Of a stretch of DNA of 64,000 nucleotides, positions 1 through 13,368 are shown one piece after another (position 1 is the stretch's first letter; every line of letters begins with the position of its first letter). The translations under genes and the position numbers were made by a program. The notes beneath the pieces were generated by a model. The model saw only the letters and a list, made by a program, of their open reading frames with translations. It had not been told where the DNA came from and ran no database searches. Origin of the DNA: Octopus vulgaris (Eukaryota); contig OX597831.1 of the NCBI GenBank assembly GCA_951406725.2, positions 68,572,001-68,636,000 of the forward strand, written 5' to 3'.

Positions 1-3000
1 GGGAAAGATGGCTGCTTAAAAATACCAAAACCTTCCCAGGCGAAGAATGTACCCCACAACATAGACTGGTAGTTAGTGACTTTAGGATCAGGACTAAGAG
101 GGCGACTAGAAGACGACCAACATGGAGAAGAAGGGTCTGGAAGCTTAAAGCCCCTGCGAATGGACAGAGATTTAGAGATATGTTACTTGAAGCCTTCGAC
201 GAAGTGGAAGGGGGTATAGCTACACATGGGGTAGAAGACAACTGGACGTTTCTGAGGGACAACCTGCTGAAAGCCGCTGACCAGATTGTGGGTGGTGCAA
301 AGTCCCCTTAAGACCCAAAATAACGTGGTGGTGGAACAATATTGTTGACAGGGCTATTAGACAAAAGAAACAGGCTTGGAAGGCCTGGAAGAACGGTGGT
401 AGCAGGGAATTGTATCAGACTGCCAGAAGGGAAGCTAGGAGACAGGTCTATCTAGCCAGAGGGGAAGCAGATAAGAGAAAATTTGCCAATGTCCTGCGCC
501 GTGAGGATGAAAGACTTGAGGAATTTCGTGTTGCAAGACAGTGTGTGAGAGAGAATCGTGATGTGGTAGGAGAGAAGTGTGTTCGCATGGATGATGGTTC
601 ACTTGCGCTAAATGAGGATGCAAAGAGAGAAGCTTGGAGACGCCACTATGAAAGGTTACTGAATGAGGAAAATGAATGGGATAAAGAGAGTCTGCCGAAT
701 GTTGACCCTACAGAGGGACCAGCTATCCGAGTTGATAGTTCCGTGGTAGCTAAGGCAATTAGAAGCATGAAGACAGGGAAAGCCCCAGGCCCATCAGGAA
801 TTACTGCACAGATGCTCAAAATATCTGGCAGTGTCGGCTATAACCTAGTCACCCGTATAGTCAACCAGGTGATACACGAAGGAGTCATACCCAATGACTG
901 GTGCAGCAGCATACTAGTCAACTGCTACAAAGGTAAAGGTGATGCCCTAGATACAAATAATTACAGAGGTATCAAGCTGTTGGATCAAGTAATGAAGGTT
1001 ACGGAGAGGGTCATAGCCCAACTAATTAGAGAGAGAGTTAGTTTAGATGAGATGCAGTTTGGGTTCGTGCCAGGGAAAAGTACCACTGATGCTATATTCC
1101 TGGTAAGGCAGCTGCAGGAGAAATACCTAGCCAAAGATAAGCCCCTGTACCTGGCTTTCGTTGACATGGAGAAAGCTTTTGATAGGGTCCCCCGATCCCT
1201 TATCTGGTGGTCAATGAGGAAACTAGGGATAGATGAATGGCTGGTGAGGACTGTGCAAGCCATGTACAGAGATGCCGTAAGTAAGGTTAGGGTTGGCAAC
1301 ATGTACACAGAAGAATTCAAAGTAGAGGTTGGGGTCCACCAGGGTTCAGTACTCAGCCCCCTCCTATTTATCATAGTACTCCAGGCAATTACGGAGGAAT
1401 TCAAGACAGGCTGTCCCTGGGAGCTCCTCTACGCTGACGACCTTGCTCTTATTGCTGAGTCACTATCAGAACTGGAGGAGAAGTTCCAGGTGTGGAAGGA
1501 GGGTTTAGAATCAAGGGGCCTTAGAGTCAACCTAGCTAAAACCAAAGTACTAATAAGTAGAAAGGTAGACAATCCACAAATATCTTCAGGAAGATGGCCC
1601 TGCTCGATCTGTAGAAAAGGTGTAGGTAGAAACTCTATAAGATGTACCCAGTGTAAGCTATGGACACATAAGAGGTGCAGCAATGTCAAAGGTAGGCTAA
1701 CTGGGAAGATAGTTTTTGTATGTGGCAGATGCTCGGGAGCATTAACCTCCGAAAATCTGCAGAAAACAACTTCCGTCACTTTCCAGGGGGAAAAACTAGA
1801 AGTAGTTATTAGCTTCCGTTATCTAGGTGACCAAGTCAGTAGTGGGGGTGGGTGCGCTGAAAGTGTAACTGCTAGAATAAGAATAGCCTGGGCAAAGTTT
1901 AGGGAGCTCTTACCTCTGCTGGTGACTAAAGGCCTCTCGCTCAGAGTAAAAGGCAGACTGTATGATGCGTGTGTACGAACAGCCATGCTACATGGCAGCG
2001 AAACATGGGCCGTGACTGCTGAGGACATGCGTAAGCTCGTGAGGAATGAAGCCAGTATGCTCCGATGGATGTGTAATGTCAGTGTACATACTCGACAGAG
2101 CGTTAGCACCTTGAGAGAAATGTTGTACCTAAGAAGCATCAGTTGTGGTGTGCAAGAGAGACGATTGCGCTGGTATGGTCATGTGGCGAGAATGGATGAA
2201 GATAGGTGTGTGAGAAAGTGCCAATCCCTAGCAGTTGAGGGAACCCGTGGAAGAGGTAGACCCAGGAAAACCTGGGACGAGGTGGTGAAGCACGACCTTC
2301 GAACTTTAGGCCTCACTGAGGAAATGACCAGAGACCGAGACCTTTGGAAATATTCTGTACGTGAGAAGACCAGGCAGGACAAGTGAGCCCAGCCCACTTA
2401 TGAATGCCTTTCCTCCCTTGGACACAAAGACCGGTTGAGGCAAGCGAAGTCGATATAGAACCTCATCCGACGACAGACACCCATGCCAACCCCCCATGCT
2501 TGCGAAGACATGTTGGGGCAAGCGAAATCGAAATCGAAACCGAATTGAACCAGCCAGGATCCCTGGCCTGGTGGTACGTAAAAAGCACTATCCGACTCGT
2601 GGCCGTGGCACGTAAAATACTCCAATGCGACCGTACGACAGGCACCCATGCCAACCCCCTTTGCTTGTGAAGACATGTTGGGGCAAGCGAAATCGAAATC
2701 GAATTGAACCAGCCAGGATCCCTGGTCTGATGGTACGTAAAAAGCACTATCCGACTCGTGGCCGTGGCACGTAAAATACTCAATGCGACCGTACGACAGG
2801 CACCCTTGCCAACCCCTTTGCTTGTGAAGACATGTTGGGGCAAGCGAAATCGAAATCGAATTGAACCAGCCAGGATCCCTGGTCTGGTGGTACGTAAAAA
2901 GCACTATCCGACTCGTGGCCGATGCCAGCACCGCCTCGACTGGCTTCCGTGCCGGTGGCACATAAAATACACCAATCTGACCGTGGCCGTTGCCAGCCCC

Positions 3001-3211
3001 GCCTGGCACCTGTGCAGGTGGCACGTAAAAAGCACCCACTACACTCACGGAGTGGTTGGCGTTAGGAAGGGCATCCAGCTGTAGAAACATTGCCAAATTT
3101 AGACTGGAGCCTGGTGCAGCCTTCTGGCTTCCCAGAACTCCGGTCGAACCGTCCAACCCATGCTAGCATGGAGAACGGACGTTAAATGACGATGATGACG
3201 ACGATGATGAT
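1..3211 (+). mobile_element. RTE-clade non-LTR retrotransposon (LINE), young copy, runs off the 5' edge of the window; long modular 3' UTR and (GAT)n tail
   Basis: End of APE domain (FPGEECTPQHRLVV) at 3-90, RT motifs (KAPGPSGI, NYRGIKLL, QFGF, FVDMEKAFD, GVHQGSVLSP, LLYADD, FRYLG), RTE-type C-terminus (RLRWYGHVARM...RGRGRPRKTW), and tail ...cggacgttaaatgacgatgatg followed by (TA)n. Confidence 0.95.
3..2386 (+). pseudogene. RTE APE-RT polyprotein with internal PHD finger; one frameshift near 287
   Basis: Frame starting at 3 reads ERWLLKNTKTFPGEECTPQHRLVVSDF...DQI, then switches at about 287 to the frame of ORF 410..2386 (CGWCKVPLRPKITWWWN...). This fits a 1-bp deletion in cagatt(t)gtggg. The frame is otherwise open to TGA at 2384-2386. 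Confidence 0.9.
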
Positions 3212-4350
<1,139 letters not shown>

Positions 4351-4835
4351 TATAAAAAGAAGAGGTAGAGTGAATAAAAGAAATTGATTGTAAAATAAAA
4401 AATTAAAAGGAGAGATGTGCAGTGAAACTGTACGTGTCAAGCAGTAAAAAGTGGTAGTAGACAGCCATTATAAATAGACCAGTAGCTGGTTGACATAGAA
4501 GGTTGAGAAGGGCAGATGGTCAAGAGTATATGTAGACAGTGTTGATAGTCGTGTTTGTGCTGATGTAGTGATTATATTGTGATACTGAGTGGATGTTATA
4601 ATGATTCAACCTTTTGAGGATAATAACACTGTACAACTGGGGGTCATGCAGTGACAGATAGAAACATTCTATTGACAACTTCAAAATATAACAATATCTA
4701 TCAGAGCGACACCTGTCATCAAAAGACAGATGCAATCAGTGGCAAAAGACTGACTGCTTTACAACATAATCATATATGAATTGCATTCCATCATGCATGC
4801 ATATACTTTTGTGCACATACACATGTATATATATC

Positions 4836-5030
4836 ACAGTCGCCATGATAGATCATTAGCCACTACACACATTTTTTTTCTCTCCTTGTTTTTTCTGTGT
4901 ACCTTTCTGTAGAAGAGCATAGGCTCGAAACATAAAAGACTTTTTCTATTCCTGAGCGTTATACTAATACATTTATTTGTTTTGTACACCACCTGTCTTC
5001 GTCTTTTGTTTTTTTCGTAAACTTTCCCTT
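4836..5030 (+). mobile_element. Short Penelope-like terminal repeat fragment with hammerhead-like motif (family A)
   Basis: Homologous to 62688-62880. Contains CTTT-CTGTAGA-A-GAGC-atag-GCTC-GAAAC-ATA-AAAG and is flanked by (TA)n. Confidence 0.55.
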
Positions 5031-5828
5031 TATATATATATATATATATATATACGGTGTTCATCATTCAAGGTTAACCATGTAGCTGTATATGCATACA
5101 GAGGCCTGGCTAAGGTTATTTTTCTAAGAAAGTCTGGCCTTTGTCTCCTTTCTTCACACAACAAATATTTATTCAAAGGAAAGGTCACTGACTTTACCCA
5201 GTGCACTTCGACACAAAGGTCATCACTGGCATTGTTGTCAAAATGCAAAGAGCCAGAATAAATGCTGCAAGGTACCTCACCCAACTCTCTAAAAGTTTCA
5301 CCAATCCACTACTTGAGACTGGTACTTTTTTTTATTGATCTTCAAAGTAAGAAAGGCAAAGTTGATCTTAGCTGAATTTGAATTTAAGGTGCAGAGAGTT
5401 GGAACAAACACTGTGAGATATTGTAGCCAGTCCTCTAGTGACACTGCCAATTTATCATGCGTGTATCCAGTATGCATATATGTATGTTTTGCATTTGTGT
5501 ACATTTGTATGTGTATGTATGCATGTACATATGTATTCCGTTTTGAAAAAAGTTTTTATTAGAATTCTTTATTAAAAGGAAGGAGCTGGTTTCTGGTTTC
5601 TAAAAGAGAAATGAAAGCTTCATTGGAATTTGGATAACAATAATGATAATTGTCGCAAGAAAATTTTGTATATTTTTATTGTTCCATTTACAGACTGTAA
5701 GTGCAAAGTGCATATTAGTCTGTCTTTATTTCCTTGAAAATTCAAAATTCTCCAGATTGTGGCTTAGACATTTCCTAACATAATGGAATATACCAATGCT
5801 TATTTGTATAAATGTTATAATCAAAATG

Positions 5829-6165
5829 TGGAGGCACAATGGCCCAGTGGTTAGGGCAGTGGATTCGCGGTCATAGGATCGCGGTTTCGATTCCCAGACC
5901 GGGCGTTGTGAGTGTTTATTGAGCGAAAACACCTAAAGCTCCACGAGGCTCCGGCAGGGATGGTGGTGATCACTGCTGTACTCTTTCACCACAACTTTCT
6001 CTCACTCTTACTTCCTGTTTCTGTTGTACCTGTATTTCAAAGGGCTGGCCTTGTCACTCTCTGTGTCACACTGAATATCCCCGAGAACTACGTTAAGGGT
6101 ACACGTGTCTGTGGAGTGCTCAGCCACTTACACGTTAATTTCACGAGCAGGCTGTTCCGTTGATT
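5829..6165 (+). mobile_element. tRNA-derived SINE (family 2), 3' truncated
   Basis: A box TGGCCCAGTGG and B box GGTTTCGATTCCC in a tRNA-like head, followed by a non-tRNA body. Confidence 0.75.
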
Positions 6166-6174
6166 TCAAAGCAA

Positions 6175-6725
6175 ACGTCCATAAATATTCTTCTTGATTT
6201 TTAGAAGAGATGTTTTCATGAGTAGGGCAACTTACTTTTATGAACTGCTATGCTAACACTTGGTAGAATTTTTGAAGAGAATGTCCCTCCAATATTTCTT
6301 GGGACAACAAAACATCCAGATAGACAGTACAAAGAATACAAGGACGGGTCATTCGAAGGTTTTCTATCCTCAGTTGAGTTTCAGATTATCTTTGCAATTT
6401 CGGCTAGTTATACTCGAGATTGCTCCAATCTGGCCAACCCCAAGGAAAAACTAAGCTAAGAGTATTAGATTCCTTGAATGTATTTAAAAGCAGAGATGTT
6501 GTCTATATCTATTCAAGGATAGTATATTTTTATGGATAACATTTTATATTGTTTTAGCAATAACATCACGCTGTAGCATGAGGTAGTTCTTTGATAACGT
6601 TTCTGGACAACTGCTGATTGTATATATTATGTCCTACACATTTGCAGTTAGGATTTAAGATGGTCACTTTGCATAGAATTCCATTTGTTCACTAAGTAGC
6701 TCGGCTCTTTTATTTAAGCTAAGAC
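6175..6725 (-). mobile_element. Decayed R4/Dong-like (RLE-type) non-LTR fragment, interrupted by a repeat at 6301-6478
   Basis: Minus-strand translation gives YTISSCPETLSKNYLMLQRDVIAKTI, resembling the CCHC-RHD region upstream of the RLE domain. Confidence 0.5.
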
Positions 6726-6798
6726 AACTCTTGGGGTTTGTAATTATATGAATTGGTTGTGGTGTATGCATGGCTGTGTGTGTGTGTGTGTGTATATA

Positions 6799-6831
<33 letters not shown>

Positions 6832-7129
6832 GTGCTTTGGTTTTACAGGGATCTCCCTTTTAAGTAGAAAGAATAGCCAAAACTTTTTGACTGCTATTTC
6901 TAAATTCGGTGTGTGGTGAGGCAAATCGTTGCTAAACCCTTAATTACTTACTATATATATATATATATGTATATATATGTGTAGTATGATATATATATCA
7001 CACTACACACAAGTGTGTATGCTTCATTGTTGTTTGTGTGTGCGTGTGTGTGCATGTGCATGTGTGTGTATTCATATTCCATATGTATCCCAAGAACTAA
7101 TGGAGAAAATTTGGAATGTCCAAATTTTC

Positions 7130-7558
7130 ACTGTAATGCTAATCAATTCTATTTGGATAATGTGAAGCAGTATGCTCTGTTTTGCTTTTTTGAAGAACTC
7201 TAAGGTTTCCTAGATATTTATGCAGATCCATAGCTTCATAGCCCAGTGCACCCATGACAATAAGCACAAATGAAAATCTATAGCAAGGATATAAGAGCTG
7301 TAGGTTTCTCATTCGTTCATCAGATATTTTCCTTTTCTACAATTTCTGATGGCACATTGTCATCTGCTAGGTAGCTCAGTGCATGATGTTTTGTAAAATC
7401 CCATTGAAAAAATCTGGCCTGTTGTGTTTATGTTCCATAGCAGTTTTTATTTGAATGTTCCACTAATGTTATATATTTTTAAGGGCGTGGATAATTTCTG
7501 GTTCTGCTGTGTCTTTGGTATACCTGCTTTTAGTGACAATGTTATGTTTCTTGGAAGA
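7130..7558 (-). mobile_element. Decayed R4/Dong-like restriction-like endonuclease fragment
   Basis: Minus-strand pieces WNIQIKTAMEHKHNRPD, ADDNVPSEIVEKENI and NLQLLYPCYRFSFVLIVMGALGY match the RLE PD..D/E-K region; several stops and frameshifts. Confidence 0.65.
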
Positions 7559-7596
7559 TGTATGTGTGTGTGTACATACATACATACATACATACA

Positions 7597-7630
<34 letters not shown>

Positions 7631-7639
7631 CACACACAC

Positions 7640-7675
<36 letters not shown>

Positions 7676-7679
<4 letters not shown>

Positions 7680-8106
7680 CAAAATGGGACAAGACTGCAA
7701 AGCATCCAGACAGTTAGGTGAGACAAGAAAGGGACAACAAAACATCCAGATAGACAGTACAAAGTATACAAGGACGGGTCATTCGAAGGTTTTCTTTCCT
7801 CAGTCGAGTTTCAGGTTATCTTTGCAGTTTCAGCTGGTTATACTCGAGATTGCTCCAATCTGGCCAAGCCCAAGGAAAAACTAAGCTAAGAGCATTAGAT
7901 TCCTTGAAAGAAAGCAGCGAATGTATATAAAAACAAGAATGGAAAAAATGGAGAAAGTTACACAAATACAAATAACAGGACATAACAACAGGTGTCTTTC
8001 GACTAAGGATGAATTCATTTAAGCTGGCACATGAGGAAGTAAAGCCTTACAGCAGGGATACAAGATTTCACAGACACAGGGAAGAATATAGATGTTGCAT
8101 GGACAA
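7676..8106 (-). mobile_element. Interspersed repeat (family C, probably Penelope-related); other copies at 6301-6478 and 61588-62020
   Basis: Three copies share ...tactcgagattgctccaatctggcca...aaggaaaaactaa.ctaagag.... This copy is flanked by (TA)n. Confidence 0.65.
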
Positions 8107-8150
8107 TATATATATATATGTATGTATGTATGTAAGTATGTTATGTATAT

Positions 8151-8313
8151 AGGTGCAGGTGTGGCTGTGTGGTAAGTAACATGTCTCCAAACTACATGGT
8201 TCTAGGCTCAGTCCCACTATATGGCACCTTGAGCAAGTGTCTTTTACTATAGCCTCAGGCTACTCAAAGCTTTGTGAGAGGTTTTAGTAAACAAAAACTG
8301 AAAGAAGCCTGTT

Positions 8314-8350
<37 letters not shown>

Positions 8351-8556
8351 ACCTCCACCACCACTAGACAACCACTGTTGGTGCACTTACATCGCAGTAA
8401 CATAGCAGTTCAGCAAAAGAATCTGATAGAATAAGTACCAGGCTTAACAAAAAGTGCTGGGGGGTCGATTCATTTGACTAAAAATTCTTCAAGTTGTTGC
8501 CCCAACATGGCCACAGTCGAATGACTGAACCAAGTAAAAGATAGAAGATAAAAGAG
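8151..8556 (+). mobile_element. tRNA-derived SINE family 1 (diverged copy)
   Basis: TGGCTGTGTGG A box, internal (TG)n, and aagtaaaag tail; homologous to the other copies. Confidence 0.85.
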
Positions 8557-9288
8557 ATATCATCATCATCATCATCATCATTGTCCACCTCTGACATCTT
8601 TTTATTTTATTGCCTTCCTGTCTTCTTTATCCTGAGAAGGAACGTCTCAAATGTTGGATACTTTACTCCCCATAGCAGTTTCACTGTACACTATTACTTA
8701 AACCAAATAATACCAACCTTACCAACACAAACCACTACCAGTTTTCAATTCTGTTTTAACTGACACACACGCACACATTTATATAATGTGTATATGTATT
8801 TGTGTATACACATATGCACAAGTGTACATATACTGATAGATGCACACACACACATACATACACACTCACAAGCATAAATAGACACTTCCTTTCATCTATA
8901 AAGAATTTACAGAGAATCTCTCAAAATTATATTTGCCACTTGAGACTTTATTTTCTGTTGACTTGTAGTAATGGGACAAAGTTTATATCTTTCTTTATTT
9001 CCTATGTTATTGCAGTCAATTGATAACTCTCATAGAACACAAATACTATTTTGAAAACCATTTTAATACCACTCAATTTTGTTTCTGGATTTAATGAGTT
9101 GATATAGTGAACAAATTATGTTATGGAAATAGTGAGTTCAAAATCTGCTGCAGATGTTTCAGTTTTGTTTATGTTAACATTTTCTTATCCTGGTTCCAGT
9201 CTGTAAGGAATGTGCACCATATTTACTTAGACATGTAACTGTGTTAACACATTCAATGTGGGGAGGCATTGACATGTTCAATAACAAT

Positions 9289-9687
9289 AGGTGAAGGAGT
9301 GGCTGTGTGGTAAGTAGCTTGTTTACCAACCACATGGTTCCGGGTTCAGTCCCACTACATAGCACCTTGGGCAAGTGTCTTCTACTATAGCCTCGGGCCG
9401 ACCAATGCCTTGTGAGTGGATTTGGTAGACGGAACCTGAAAGAAGCCCATCGTATATATATATATATATGCGTGTGTGTGTGTGTCTGTGTTTGTCCCCC
9501 TAGCATTGCTTGACAACCGATGCTGGTGTGTTTATGTCCCCGTCACTTAACGGTTCAGCAAAAGAGACCGATAGAATAAGTACTGGGCTTACAAAAGAAT
9601 AAGTCCCGGGGTCGAGTTGCTCGATTAAAGGTGATGCTCCAGCATGGCCACAGTCAAATGACTGAAACAAGTAAAAGAGTAAAAGAG
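9289..9687 (+). mobile_element. tRNA-derived SINE family 1, full length, with 7-bp target-site duplication
   Basis: A box TGGCTGTGTGG, B box GGTTCAGTCCC, ccttgggcaagt core, internal microsatellite and (GTAAAAGA)n tail. TAACAAT occurs at both 9282-9288 and 9688-9694. Confidence 0.92.
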
Positions 9688-9704
9688 TAACAATGATTAT
9701 GTTA

Positions 9705-10580
9705 TGAATAAAACATCTTTTCCAGTTCAGTCTGCTTCTCTATTTTGTTTAAACTGCATTTGCATTTTGAAAACCACCTTCATCCTTCTATAAACCTGGG
9801 AATGTAAGTAAAAATGGCTCAAGTACTTGGGTATTAGGTAGGTTTTACTATAGAACAATGATATAGCTTTGAGATCTGCACACACATATATCAAAGAGTT
9901 CATCTTGTATAACTCAGTGTTGGTATTCTCTGTTTCCAAATCAAACAGTGAACTATCCTCTAACCTATTCACATTTTCATCATATCCTTAGAAGGTATTT
10001 TAACGTCTGCCCTTAGTTTTCCAAAACATTTTATGCATATCTCTGGTCATTATACGAAAGGTTTTCAATTTCTCCTTCTTCAAGTAGTGATAATGTTAGC
10101 AAATACTTAAAATCTTTACGTGTTAGTGTAGATCTAAATAAACCTGTTTTGATTTGAAAGCTTACAAAAACTGTTCAGGCTTGAATAAGTGTAACATCTT
10201 CACTATGCACATGTTTCTGTGCCTTATTGAATTATAAGTCTGTCAAATAGAATAGCTGCTTTTTACACTTTTGCAACTTATCATATAGGGAATGTTCTAT
10301 ATGGGCAAGAAATTCTATTGTTGAATCAATTAGTTGACAAGTCTTTGCAAACTATCTCCTCTTGACAATCACCTTACCTTACTGTGCAATAGTAATTTAG
10401 TTACAAGTTTCATCACTTTTTTCAAATAACATTGCAAACAGTCATGACTTGTGAGGGTATGCTTTAATTTTATCGATTTATCTGATACACACTTTTATGG
10501 CAGTATTCACAAGAAAAACTGAAATTTGGTTTCATGCCTTCTTTTACCTTGCATAGTTGCTGCAATGTGACTTCATTTAC
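9705..10580 (-). mobile_element. Decayed hAT transposase, Buster/ZBED5/SCAND3-like, C-terminal half
   Basis: Minus-strand pieces IDKIKAYPHKS*LFAML, KLLLHSKVR*LSRGDSLQRLV (compare LLLHTEVRWLSRG), LFYLTDL and PFLLTFP...EGGF...TK*RSRLN. Confidence 0.75.
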
Positions 10581-10589
10581 AAGACAACA

Positions 10590-11115
10590 ATGCGTATGTG
10601 CCTGTGCTCTGTAAGGTGGCTAGTGTTAAAAACCCTGCCAAAACAGCTGTAAAAATCCTGCCAAAACAGACAGTGAATCCTGGTGCGGTCTTCTGTCTAG
10701 TCAGTCCCTGTTTTCCAACCCATGCCAGTATGGAAAACGAGTGTAGATGATGATGGTAAGAAGCTTGCTTCCCAACCACATGGCTCTGGGTTCAGTCTCA
10801 CTGCATGGCACTTAGGCCAAATGTCTTCTACTATAGCCTCAGGCTGACCAAAGCCTTGTGAGAGGATTTGGTTGATGGAAACTGAAAGAAACCCATTATA
10901 TATACATATATGTGTGTGTGCCTATGTTTGTCTCCCACTACTGCTTGACATCTGGCGTTGATGTGCTTATGTCCCCATAACTTCATGGTTCAGTAAAAGC
11001 TACTGATAGAATAAGTTGTAGTCTTAAAAATTAAGCCGTGGGGGGGGGGGATTAGTTTGACTAAAATCCCTTCAAGTTAGTACCCTAGTCAAATGACTGA
11101 AACAAGTAAAATATA
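10590..11115 (+). mobile_element. Diverged RTE-type 3' tail (10590-10755) joined to a SINE family 1 copy (10753-11115)
   Basis: ccaacccatgccagtatggaaaacgagtgtagatgatgatg tail followed directly by the SINE body. Confidence 0.75.
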
Positions 11116-11258
11116 AACAATAAACTTTTATAAAAATACCTTCAATCTGTTTTAAAATACACCGACTACTGTAACCATGGCACCAGTTGGACCTGATTGT
11201 CATACCATGATTCCAACACTGATGTCCGAGAGTAGGTGTCCTCTCTATGCTCTTTTAC

Positions 11259-11372
11259 CTGTGCCAATAACACCTTCAGTGACTTGAATATGTCCATTAC
11301 ATGGATGATAGTCAAATGCTAAAAGACTTGCTGTGTGGTGAATAGGAATCATGATCAAGATGCAAAGAATAC
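11259..11372 (-). CDS. Weak candidate internal exon (114 bp, phase 1-1), product unknown
   Basis: tttcatcaacAG|GT ATT...ACA G|GTaaaa with an open frame ILCILIMIPIHHTASLLAFDYHPCNGHIQVTEGVIGT. No partner exons were found. Confidence 0.2.
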
Positions 11373-13329
11373 CTGTTGATGAAAGCAATCAACCCCAACC
11401 CAATCACTGAAGAGTTGTCATTGACAACAGGCATCTTTGTTGCCTCTAATTCAACTTTGCATACTGCAAAGTCTTCAAAATTTTCTAAATATCTAGCAAT
11501 GCATAGATCGTGGTGATCAATCTGGTTAACATTAAAACCATTAATATTGGAAAATTTTATTTTGATGTAAATTACATTTAGAGATACAATTTAATAGATG
11601 AAACATTTAAATATATGATATCTTATGAAATTTCAAGCAGACACTCCTACCTAATATTTTTAAACTTTTGACATATTTAATATGCTTTTCTACACACAAT
11701 ATCTTGAACCACTTATATTCTCCCCAGAGGCATGAAGTGTAATGAGATTTTAGGAATTATTTGGTCTTTAAGTATTTACTGTATACCATTCTCTGTGGTT
11801 CACTTAATCTTATTGCCAGCATCCTTGACCTTACTGGCATTAATTATCAATACTGACATTCATTATCAATATTTATATATTGCCATTAATAGTAGATTAT
11901 TTTAAATGTTGAATTGATACCTGCTAGTGTTATCATGGCAGAAATGTTTAGTAAGATTAGCAAAATAGTTATTTTTGATTACTTTTCTTCAATAAAACTA
12001 TGAATTTTCATGCCAACCATCTCATAAAGTCGAACGATTCGTGATAAATACGTCAGGAATAAATTCTACACTAAATATTGTTACAAAGTGGGCGTTGTAA
12101 ATAGACTATAATTATAACATTTACCTTGCCCGAGGAAATTCGTAAATATATAACTCAGATATTATAAATCTTCGTGATGAAACTCAGAACTACAGGGAAA
12201 AAAAAAAGAGTTGGAAAGAAATAGAATTAACTGAAAGAAGTTCCTTTTTTCCCGCTGATCAAATAAATGGGGGAAGAAGGAATATCAGATGGATGGAACA
12301 TCAGATGAAAGAAGGTAAATTAGATGGAAGAAGAAAGTGTAGTATGTGATGTAATATTGTTCAAAACTTGAAGTTCATGATAGATCTGTTAATTCTAATA
12401 AGCCAATCATTGTTTGATTATCAAATGCAGGTATATTAAACAGGATCAAGTCTTTGATACTTCCTATTAAAATGCAACTAATAATACAAGTTTCCCAATG
12501 GAATGCAAGTATTATAAATCAAATTTATTGACTTCTGATACTCATCTAAAGTTAATTCCGGCTTTTATTAGTAATTCAACTCTGTATTGCAAATTATGCA
12601 AACATACAACACATTGCAGTAACCTCACTCTTTATATTGATGAACTGTGCCTCCCTGTGTTTCTTGTTCATAGCTGGAGATCTGAGTTACCTATAATGGT
12701 TGTGAACATTTACACAATGACAAAATACATACTACGAACCCTTCGGTCATTCACTTATAATCACTTTGGTAGTTTTAACTCTTTTGCATTAATAAGAAGT
12801 TGAGAAATAATAACAGATTCCACAAATCTTATGCACAAAATTGAAGATGTGCGTATGATCTATTCTATTTTTAATGTCCATACATAGATATGTGCATATG
12901 TCTGTACTATATGTACATATATATATATATATGTATGTACTATATGCACAGATGTATGAACATATGTATATACATACATATGTATGTATCTGCAACATGT
13001 ATGCAGAAACTATTGTATCTGTGCATATGTATGAATATTTGTGTTTGTGAGTCTATGCATGCCTATGTGCATGCATTTGTGTATGCGTGTGGGAATATCT
13101 TTGTACAGATATTGATATGTGTTAAATACACTTGTGTAAGTACAGAGGTCATCTGTAAGCCTTTCACATAGGATACAAAAGAATTCCTTTATGCTGCTAT
13201 TATTTAATAGTTCGGCAATATCAAATCATAATGTACAGAAATTATTGAATCTCGATATTCTTAAGACTAATTACCATATTTTAAACTTCCTTTTAGCACA
13301 AATTTAGAAAACCATAAAATATATAGATA

Positions 13330-13368
<39 letters not shown>

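Noticed and set aside
2575-2605. Antisense cacgagtcggatagtgcttttt resembles the 3' end of a Cas9 tracrRNA
   Set aside because: Short superficial match inside a LINE UTR module, with no other scaffold elements.
2398-3156. 252-aa antisense ORF and similar ORFs at 41.5-42.4 kb and 16 kb
   Set aside because: They arise from tandem UTR modules that lack stop codons; no domain signal.
4380-4790. Possible GIY-YIG/Penelope coding relic on the minus strand
   Set aside because: No diagnostic motif could be read with confidence.
5829-5905. tRNA gene
   Set aside because: The tRNA-like head lacks a clean acceptor stem and runs into a SINE body; the same applies to the other SINE heads.
8618-8662. Degenerate hammerhead-like string tatc-ctgagaa-ggaacgtct-caaatgtt-ggata
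   Set aside because: Both core strands are mutated (CUGAGAA, CAAA), so it is too decayed to support.
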